NCBI GenBank assembly: GCA_018985225.1
Contig: JADGIF010000062.1
Location: 1 to 24,072 of the forward strand
Direction of reading: 5' to 3'
DNA length: 24,072 nucleotides
Origin: Amoeboradix gromovi X-113
Lineage: Eukaryota > Fungi > Sanchytriomycota
The notes under the pieces are model-generated. The model ran no database searches. It had not been told where the DNA came from and saw only the letters and a program-made list of their open reading frames with translations. Shown piece by piece: positions 8,232 to 16,800 of the stretch. Both the position numbers and the translations under genes were made by a program. Numbering within the stretch: the first letter of the stretch is position 1; every line of letters starts with the position of its first letter.

Positions 8232-9464
8232 TTACTCGCAATCGAGGAAGCCAACAACTGACTGCTCAGCTAAAAGTTTTAGTTGCGATTCAGGATCACG
8301 ATGCAAAACAAACTCATCTTCATCACTGCTATTGTCGATTAAAAGATGGTTGGTCCACTCTCTAATTGACAACTGAACCATCGAGGAATCGGAACTTAAA
8401 AGTTGGTTGTCGAAATGATGCTTGGCCATGATAGCCTGCTGATGGTCTGTGTAGTTTATCGGAAGATTAAGAAGACGAAAAGCAGGGAAAAGTGGGGTGA
8501 ATCCAAGCAAATAATAGTCGGATTTTAGGAACGTTGTGGGAGTGTTCGTGCTGGAATTAGAAACGTATTTACATAGACCAGGTGGTACAGCTTCCAAGTG
8601 TTTGTTATGCAAAAGCATCAAAATTAAACGAGTAGCAACAAGATGATCTATCTGACTCGTTAGATTCAACAGCTGGATTAAAAGAGTATGATTATCTGGT
8701 AACACAGAGCAAATTAGGACAATCCAAGTTGACTCCTCTGGTGCTAACTGTTTAAAATTAGATTTAAAGATGTTAAGAAAGAATTCAGTATAAACAGATT
8801 TTAAATTTGTTTGATTCATATTGACTTTAATTAAATAAAGCAATGATTTTTCAATAGTGGATTGCTCAGGTGGAGTATCTTGAACATTTGCTCCTATCCT
8901 CTTTTCAAGAAACTTCTTTAAGTTGTTTCCAGCCATATCTGGAGCACGAATCCCATATAAACTACGAATATAGCGGTATAATGCTTCCAAGTCTTGATCT
9001 TGTAGAGTAGCAATCACTGCAATTTGGTGATGTACTAGCCCATTCTGGGGCCACAGTTCTTCAGCTTGTTGATAAGATTCTCTAGCCATAGTCATGTTTT
9101 CACTGATACACTGATCCCTATATCTAGCTAGGTCACCCATGTATACATAGCAATGAAATATAACTGGGAAGGTTATTTCATTCATTGGAAGTCTAGTAAG
9201 TACCAAGCTGAACCAGCCTACAATATAATTTATAAAGTTAGTGAACATATGCACTTGCAACTTGTTATCTTTTACCATTTTTCTTTTCTGCTGCACCGCT
9301 TTGTAGATTACCTGTTTCCATAATTTCTGCATCAACTGGTATTTGACATAGCTAGAAGTGTGCTGAATTGCAGCAAAATGAGCGTCTAGTGTGTCATCTA
9401 ATGATACTGAGCTTTTTAAATGCATCTGAAGAACAATCTGAATTTCTTGGGGATCGTTTTGCAT
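8232..9464 (-). CDS. Est1/Ebs1/SMG7-family 14-3-3-like TPR protein (telomerase or NMD factor), no PIN domain, 410 aa
   Basis: LWKQVIYKAV, CYVYMGDLARYR, ARESYQQAEELWPQNGLVHHQIAVIA (cf. A..YY..A..L.P..G.PYNQLAVL), EALYRYIRSL, AGNNLKKF and the DYYLLGFTPL motif. Confidence 0.88.
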   Translation of the reverse strand: MQNDPQEIQIVLQMHLKSSVSLDDTLDAHFAAIQHTSSYVKYQLMQKLWKQVIYKAVQQKRKMVKDNKLQVHMFTNFINYIVGWFSLVLTRLPMNEITFPVIFHCYVYMGDLARYRDQCISENMTMARESYQQAEELWPQNGLVHHQIAVIATLQDQDLEALYRYIRSLYGIRAPDMAGNNLKKFLEKRIGANVQDTPPEQSTIEKSLLYLIKVNMNQTNLKSVYTEFFLNIFKSNFKQLAPEESTWIVLICSVLPDNHTLLIQLLNLTSQIDHLVATRLILMLLHNKHLEAVPPGLCKYVSNSSTNTPTTFLKSDYYLLGFTPLFPAFRLLNLPINYTDHQQAIMAKHHFDNQLLSSDSSMVQLSIREWTNHLLIDNSSDEDEFVLHRDPESQLKLLAEQSVVGFLDCE

Positions 9465-9592
9465 CTCTAGAAGTGAATTTTAAAAGAGTTTAAAAAATGT
9501 CGCAAGGGATGGACAAAAAGGAATGCATCAAATTAACGCAACAACAAAAGTTTGACTGGAGTTTAAATGAAGCCCTTTTACTAACGTGTAGT

Positions 9593-10174
9593 TTATTTAA
9601 ATAAATGATGCCTCTCCACCATCTTTGATAACATATCAACTTCTAAGTTTACAATCTCTCCAACATTCTTGTAGTACAACGCTACATTCTCTTGTGTATG
9701 GGGAATCATCATTATTGAGAATTCGTTTATCCCCACTCGACAGGCTGTCAAGCTAACCCCATCTAAACATACAAACCCTTTCTCAATTATATATTTTGAT
9801 TTCTGTGTGTCTACTCTAAATTTATACCAAATCGAATTTTCTTCTATTTCTTTGTTTATTATTTCCACGGTGCAATCTACATGACCCTGCACGAAGTGTC
9901 CTCCCATTCTAGTAGTTGGTAACACAGATTTCTCCAAATTCACTTTATCATTAACCTTTAAACTTCCAAGGCAAGTGCATTTCATAGTTTCTGGAGTTGT
10001 ATTGATTTTAAATTTTTCATTTTGTTTCTCAACTACAGTCAAACATGTACCATTTACAGCTATACTGTCTCCGATTTTCACGTCTTCTAAATATTCATTA
10101 GTCGCAGCTATGGTATAAGAAAATCGTTCGATTTCAACTACAATACCCAAAAAATCCACTAACCCTGTAAACAT
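9593..10174 (-). CDS. RIB5: Riboflavin synthase (alpha chain), 193 aa
   Basis: N-terminal MFTG, GDSIAVNGTCLTV, VNLEKS, RMGGHFVQGHVD, KGFVCLDGVSLT, IPHTQE, VNLEVD: two lumazine-binding repeats. Confidence 0.97.
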   Translation of the reverse strand: MFTGLVDFLGIVVEIERFSYTIAATNEYLEDVKIGDSIAVNGTCLTVVEKQNEKFKINTTPETMKCTCLGSLKVNDKVNLEKSVLPTTRMGGHFVQGHVDCTVEIINKEIEENSIWYKFRVDTQKSKYIIEKGFVCLDGVSLTACRVGINEFSIMMIPHTQENVALYYKNVGEIVNLEVDMLSKMVERHHLFK

Positions 10175-10186
10175 CCCTGTTTAGAG

Positions 10187-13100
10187 ATGGATCTTTTTCA
10201 TCGGGAATCTGTTCTCTTGTTAGATGGTATCATGAATGAGTCACAGCTGAATCTTGCATACTTTGCGACCTTGTTTAAACTTGAATGGAATCCATTGCTG
10301 CGAGATACTCTAATGTCATTAAAAGGCATACTTGGTAAGGAGTTCACAGCCATGGAGGTAGTCAAAAAGAGTCAAAAAATGACAGTCTACACACTGTACA
10401 AGGTATTGCAAGTTATAGGTGAGCAGCACAACCATAGATTGCCTAACACTATCAGTGCGCATGATGAAAGTTTAATTTCTCATCTGGTCAGCGCTATGCT
10501 GATATCTACCAACGATGCGTTGTATGATGAATACTCAAATCCCATGCTGGTTGCTCTCTGTGCCCTCTTTCACGATGTAGGAAAACTTGGTACAATTCAA
10601 AGTGTTGGTCATCCTAAACACCAAATGACTGCTTTTTATTTCCACGCCGAAATGGGTTGTGGTATCATGAGTCTCTGTTATGTAGACAATGAATGGATTA
10701 CTCAGAATGAATGGAAATCTATGTGTTTAGCTATCAACTATCATATGTGTACTTACCATAGCTGTAAAGACGGATTAATGCAGTTGCATCAGAGGGCTGT
10801 TGTTGAAATACTCTCTACTCAGGCTAGGCAGCTGCTTTATCATTTATCTATAGGTGATATGTTTGGCAGATTTCCTGCTCAGGATTTGATTATGTGGAAG
10901 TCAACTCGCTCAAGTTTACTTTCAGATCATTCTGTTGAATCTGCAGAGTATTTTAGCAAGCACAGCAACAAAGGGATACTGATCCAAGTTATGGGCATGT
11001 CTGGTAGCGGCAAATCAACAATTTCCACTTTTATTAAACAAAACTTAATTGGAATGGATATATCTGACGATGACATAGTGTATATTCAGCGTGATTATTA
11101 TTTATGCCAAGTAGCTGCCGGTGTTGGTCAGCTAGAGATTTCTGATAATCCCTCCAGAGAGGAATATCACAAATTGCACGAAATATATAAATCCAATAAA
11201 TTGGCGGATGTAGTCAATAAGAGAATGAAGAACGACATACAAGTAGCGCTAATGCAGAACAAGATCGTTATTCTTGATACTGTAGCTATTTTGTTTCAAG
11301 CTGCTCAGTATATATTGCCAGATATAGCTGCTATAGCATTCAAGATTAATGTCTATGTTATTCGAAACAGTTTGCTGACTACTAGCGATGGAGACAGACT
11401 GGGACTACCCTTGAGCGAACAGATCAACATCCATGGAGAAAAATCACTGTTGTTTTGGATGCCCTCTGATTTCAAAAAGAGATACTCACAGGGACTATTT
11501 AGGCAACGACAAATGGTGGGCAACTTTTATAATGATGCTGGGATGGCTAAGGCGCTGATGAATAAAGATAGTCCAATGTTATCATTTGTAATTAAATGGG
11601 GATTTGAGTCAAATTTGGAGCCAATGTTTAAAGTAATCAAGCAGTTGATAAATAACCAAAGCGCTAACGGTTCTTTATATGGCTTTGATATAGATCTAGT
11701 TGAGCTTGTAAATCGATTGTATTCTAAATTTAATTTCAAGTTTATCATTGAATTCTTCCAAGGTTTGAATATCATGGCCAGTCAGCCATTGAAGGACACA
11801 GAATACGGCGAGAAGGTGATTGTAATAAAGTATAAAGAAAATTGTAGATTTTGGAAGGCCAAATGGGCACGGCAGGCTAGAGGGGCCGTGTTAATACTAC
11901 ATGGCAACAGGTGGTACTGCATCAAGTCCCTGCTGCAAAGAGGTGCTGAAGTTTTAACAGGTATTCATCAAGTCCATGGGGTGTCTGATAGCCAGGATTA
12001 TCATATTGGTAAATATGATCATTTAGATTCTAATCAGCAGGATACAATAGTTAAGTTCATGAATAAACAACCTATACAAGGTATATTATCCTGCAAAATA
12101 GATGGTAGCTTACTGGGTGTCACAATTATTCCTAAAAGTCATTTTCTATTTGATACTGCAGCTGCTGTAATTAGAAGAGCAAACATTCCAAGTCATTTGC
12201 GTATTCTGAAATATGCTATATCAAATTGTAGCTTCATTCCTATATTCAGTTCCCAGGGTACTGTAGTTTTTGGTACTTTTATGGAGGATTGGTACTTTAG
12301 TGCATTCTTAGTCGGGGTTTGTAATTTTCAGCCGCAATACTTAAAATCTCTGTTTTTACAGGATAAAACCATTGAAGAAGTAGTAGATATGCATTCAAAA
12401 GACATTTGTAATGAGTTGCAAGCGTTTCTTGATTTAAATGCGAGTTTAACTAAAAACAAGATATCCTGCCTAAGTTTTGAATCCTGCTGTCCCAATCGAC
12501 AAAGCGAATGGGGAGATGTACATACTGAACTAGCTTTGAGCTACAAAACATATATATGCAAGTTCCTTGGATGCTCCTTCGATCTGGGAGAAACCACTGG
12601 TAACTTTGTACCTCACATAAATATTAAACTGCCAAGTAGTTGGAAACAACCTACTGTATGGGATATTCAGCATACGGACCAAGTATCTAACATGGTATTA
12701 GATGTAGAACAAGTCATTTATGATAAAATGTCAATTAAGCAGTTTTATATAAAATATCCACCAAAGCACCAATCTGATGATTTTCTGGATTTTGAAGGAT
12801 TCGTGTTCTACAAACTGTTGGATAAAACTGTAGATTATGCTAAAATCAAGACGCTAGTTTATTATCATGCTCATAACCCAAACAAGAGGACAATAGATGG
12901 ATTATTGCACATTAGCGACGAAATGGCATCACACATCCCTAGTGTAGTACTAGTCAAATCATATTTTAGTACACTGCATCCTAGTTTAACAAGGGTACGA
13001 AATGATTTGTACACGGAAGTGACCGACAAATACTCCTTGTACATTGTTGAAATGAACTCCAAGGCCCAGTCTTCGTACTTGGGTCAACCGGTAGACACCA

Positions 13101-13354
13101 AAATCAAAATGATTATTCAAAACTCACCCTCTTTCTTATCCAAAATCAAGCAAACCTTTTCTGCACACTTTGAACACATGGAGCATGTCAATCCTTTATT
13201 TTTTAAACGACTGGTCATGAAGATGGCTATTTGGGAGCCTGATTTACTCAGTTTAAATGAATTAATTAGCACAAAAAATCAGATATTGTTTGACCTGTTT
13301 ATTGAAATATTGGACTCTCAGCAGTACTCTAAAGAAACGAATGATCAGCAATAA
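10187..13354 (+). CDS. Putative trifunctional RNA end-healing/sealing enzyme: HD phosphoesterase + P-loop polynucleotide kinase + T4 Rnl1-type ATP-dependent RNA ligase, 1055 aa
   Basis: HD: HDESLISH, ALFHDVGK (H129-D130), FYFHAEMG, AINYHM, GDMFGR. Kinase: GMSGSGKST (aa 270-278), YIQRD, IVILDTV. Ligase: IKY...WARQARG (R565), motif I KIDGSL (K637), LSFE (E765), KFLG, motif IV EGFVF (E870), motif V AKIKT..Y (K886/K888). Confidence 0.85.
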   Translation: MDLFHRESVLLLDGIMNESQLNLAYFATLFKLEWNPLLRDTLMSLKGILGKEFTAMEVVKKSQKMTVYTLYKVLQVIGEQHNHRLPNTISAHDESLISHLVSAMLISTNDALYDEYSNPMLVALCALFHDVGKLGTIQSVGHPKHQMTAFYFHAEMGCGIMSLCYVDNEWITQNEWKSMCLAINYHMCTYHSCKDGLMQLHQRAVVEILSTQARQLLYHLSIGDMFGRFPAQDLIMWKSTRSSLLSDHSVESAEYFSKHSNKGILIQVMGMSGSGKSTISTFIKQNLIGMDISDDDIVYIQRDYYLCQVAAGVGQLEISDNPSREEYHKLHEIYKSNKLADVVNKRMKNDIQVALMQNKIVILDTVAILFQAAQYILPDIAAIAFKINVYVIRNSLLTTSDGDRLGLPLSEQINIHGEKSLLFWMPSDFKKRYSQGLFRQRQMVGNFYNDAGMAKALMNKDSPMLSFVIKWGFESNLEPMFKVIKQLINNQSANGSLYGFDIDLVELVNRLYSKFNFKFIIEFFQGLNIMASQPLKDTEYGEKVIVIKYKENCRFWKAKWARQARGAVLILHGNRWYCIKSLLQRGAEVLTGIHQVHGVSDSQDYHIGKYDHLDSNQQDTIVKFMNKQPIQGILSCKIDGSLLGVTIIPKSHFLFDTAAAVIRRANIPSHLRILKYAISNCSFIPIFSSQGTVVFGTFMEDWYFSAFLVGVCNFQPQYLKSLFLQDKTIEEVVDMHSKDICNELQAFLDLNASLTKNKISCLSFESCCPNRQSEWGDVHTELALSYKTYICKFLGCSFDLGETTGNFVPHINIKLPSSWKQPTVWDIQHTDQVSNMVLDVEQVIYDKMSIKQFYIKYPPKHQSDDFLDFEGFVFYKLLDKTVDYAKIKTLVYYHAHNPNKRTIDGLLHISDEMASHIPSVVLVKSYFSTLHPSLTRVRNDLYTEVTDKYSLYIVEMNSKAQSSYLGQPVDTKIKMIIQNSPSFLSKIKQTFSAHFEHMEHVNPLFFKRLVMKMAIWEPDLLSLNELISTKNQILFDLFIEILDSQQYSKETNDQQ

Positions 13355-13417
13355 ATGTATACATACTATTTTAGCCTGCTTCTCAGTGCTTACTTTCTTA
13401 AATTGTAACAAACACAT

Positions 13418-13855
13418 GGGACACCAAATGTAAAAACTAGACTAACTCACTAAGAAAATGCTATCATTAATAAAAGATCTTCTATTATACCAATTTTCTT
13501 TCATTACTTTCAATCCCCTTTTCAAAATAAAACTAGATATGAGGTCTTTGAGCATCTAAGCAAAAGGTGCATTTTCTTAGACGGTACTCTTTTCTAGAAC
13601 CATTTTGTAATGTTATACTAGCATCATTACTCTTATCTACTTCTTTGAAGTGTAATAGTGATATTTTATTTGAGATAAAGATTAAATGAAAGAGTAAGAG
13701 AATAGCTGTACAGAATATTTATTTTCCTTGTACACTCGTCAACTCTGCAACTAGCTGAATGTCCACTCGTCTCTTAAATCCATAAAATTAATAAAGCTAA
13801 AATAATGTTCCAAGTTGTTACTGAAAGTTGGTCCAGTTTTTATATTTGATGTCCC
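13418..13855. mobile_element. 438-bp non-autonomous TIR element (MITE-like deletion derivative); superfamily uncertain, possibly Merlin/IS1595-like
   Basis: 30-bp terminal inverted repeats: 13418-13447 GGGACACCAAATGTAAAAACTAGACTAACT versus reverse complement of 13826-13855 GGGACATCAAATATAAAAACTGGACCAACT (26/30, all four differences are transitions). A second copy lies at 1-184. No intact ORF and no clear TSD. Confidence 0.85.
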
Positions 13856-13872
13856 GTTTATTGAATTGACTT

Positions 13873-16800
13873 TTAAAAATATGGCACGTATTCCATTCCC
13901 AGCTCTGCTAACAGTATGGGGTTTGTGCTTGTAGATATCATCTCATCATTTTTTAGCTTCCCTAGCACACCAAACCTCTTGTCTATTTCTTTTGATTTTG
14001 ATTCTGGATCTTCAAAAGGCAAGTACAGTCTTAGATACTCCGCCTTGTCCATAAGTCCTCTTCCCATTATTATCATCATTTGTCTGTAATAACCCTGTAT
14101 CCCAATTGTAGTTATATACTCCTGTATAATTGGTGTTAACCTCATGTATATCGGAGAACTTATAGTTCTCTTGTTTTTAAATATGCTTGTTATACTAAAA
14201 ACTTTACCATTCACCACGCTCAGTTTAAAGTCATTAAGTTTTAATACATTCAAATCTAGCCCATACACCATGCTGTTAAGCATGCTATAGCTGTACGCAA
14301 ACACTCTTCTATACTCGTAGTATGCGCTAGCAACCAGTCTATTCATCAAATAGTCGCGAAGTGTATTTTGGTATTTGTTCACCAGAGTATTAAACTCACC
14401 CGCATCCTTGTATTCAGACAGCTGCCGCCCTTCAAGCAGGTCGCTCAAATATATGCTAGTAGGTATGTTACTCAATATTATACCGTCTTTTAGATACTCG
14501 CTATTAACTATTGGCATGTTGACCCTTCTCTTCTTGAACTGCAATGATTTGTTGACATGATAATTGGACCATGTAAACGTGCCTTGGCTAGTTCTAAATA
14601 TAGGGTACTCTACTTTCTGATTAACTATGTTGTAAACATAGGTTAAACCATCATCTGCCAATATTTTGATGTTTACAGACACGGTGCTGTTACTACTCAT
14701 TGTGCAGCCAATGAACTTTGATATTGTGCCATCACTGCTGTCGCATGGTAGCCTCATTGTGCTAAATGGAATGTAGTGTTCAAGAGATGGTGGAAGCGGG
14801 ATAGAAACTGGGGCACCGTCTAAATGCGTTGCATCGCTATCCACGTGCATCGCATCAATCTCGCCAAGTTCGACCAGTTTTTCATACACCATGCCCATTG
14901 TTTGAAACAATATTGGATGTATTGCTTTAAATTGTGGCAGTAATGCATTATCTTTTTGCTGTATTAAATGTACAAAAACAGTATTTGGATACAAATTGAA
15001 GAGCTTCAACAACAATTTAGACGCAAATTCGTTCAACGGACCATTGCATAAATAAAACAACTCAGCAATGTTACATTTGAAATGGCTTAGTTGTATAAAT
15101 TGAGGATTCAATAATTCACTTAGGCCTGATACAAACTGGTTAGTCGTTAACAACCATGTCAGACTAACTGCCTGTTTGTAAAGCACTTTGTTAGTAGTAC
15201 AGCTAAGAGCGTTAACTAGACATACAATACAGTTCTTTAGCACAGCATTATCCAGCAAATCAAGATGTCTGATATGATAATTAGCCCAACTTGACCAAGC
15301 TTTGTAGTAATCTTTATCAGTTTGGGTTGCATTCATATATGCCTCGTTTGCTTCATCCAATCTGTTATAATTGCATAAATAATGCCCCTTGTACACTAGG
15401 AATTCTGATTTATTTACACTTGTGAAATAGTGGGTGTTTGTAGTTTTGATCAACTCTAAACCATTTCCACTTGTAGTGTTACCATCTGCATTGTAGAGTT
15501 TAGCTTGCTCTCTTAGTTTTACAAATGCCTCACTTATTTCTATGTTTGGTAAACTGTAAACCATGTTGAGAGTATTTACACAATGCTCACTTAGTCCGTT
15601 TACTCTGTATATCTTCGCTAGCTTGTTAAACGACCAGGCTAGCTCATGGAATCCCTTAAATGCTAAACTGTTCTGACCATTAGGTCCGCTGTTTAACATT
15701 GATTGCATGTTTGGAATGTAGGTGCTGAATTTGCTGTTTATCAAGTCAAATGAATATTTGCGCAGTTTGATGAACTCACTCCACTCATCAACACTGTCAT
15801 GGTCATTTGGTATGAACTGCCTGAAATAGTGGCACTGTTGATTCAACACGCTAGATTGTTCTATAGCAGTGTTGACATCCACTATTTTGTTCAGTATACT
15901 GGTTATAGTATCAAATAGCAGACATTCTAAATATATTCTGCAATCATAGACTGACAATGCATTCCTATTAATACTGGATACGATGCTGGACTGTAAATTA
16001 GATGTCACATTATCCACAACAGATGCATTGACCGTGTTACCCATATAAGAGTGAATCAATTTAAATGCTGATATGATGCTGCCATCTTGAATCCCCAATG
16101 CGTTGCGCTGGTTAATTATGGTTTGCATTTGTTCATGCTGGCCTGCGCTATTGAAGTCTAGCAAATGGCAATTGCTGATATAATACAAATCGTGCCATTG
16201 CTCATGTTTACTAATCTCCTGTATCAAATCCCATTGCTGTAACTGCCTGCTGCACTCTAACCATGACTCCCTAATAAAAACTGATTCGTTATTACTCAGT
16301 GAATTAACATTCAACTGCTCTATTTGCAGTTGGGCATTAGTGTAATCTGACTGCTGCAATGAATGTATTATATTGATGTACGGCTTATTTAGTGGTTTGT
16401 GATACTGTAGCCCCAGCAGCAAATCGTAGTCCTTGTTCATCAGTAGTGCGTTGGAAAGTGCCAAGTGGTAGGTACTGCTGCTACTACCATAACCAACTAC
16501 AGGTAGCGCACGGTTAACTAGAAATGGTGGTAGCTCTATAGACGTATTACTTAAAGTATTAATCATATTAACACAGGTAGGATTGTTTGTTAAACAACTG
16601 GTAAATGCGTATTGCAACTGTATTTGCTGGCTTGAACTAAACTGATTCCATAGCGTAGGGAACATTATCTGAAATGTACCAGCAAAAGCTGTAATTATAT
16701 CTAGAATGCTATTAGTGTCTGATGCAATACTTTGTTTATTGTCCAAATGTATAGTATAGTCCCCTATAAAGTACAAATATATTATGAAGCCACTGGCTCT

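Noticed and set aside
11527-13062. Antisense ORFs within the HD-PNK-ligase gene
   Set aside because: Shadow ORFs with no independent support.
10187-13354. Calling this gene the fungal tRNA ligase TRL1 or a CCA-adding enzyme
   Set aside because: Domain order is reversed relative to Trl1, motif I is KxDGS, the phosphoesterase is HD rather than 2H, and there is no pol-beta nucleotidyltransferase head.
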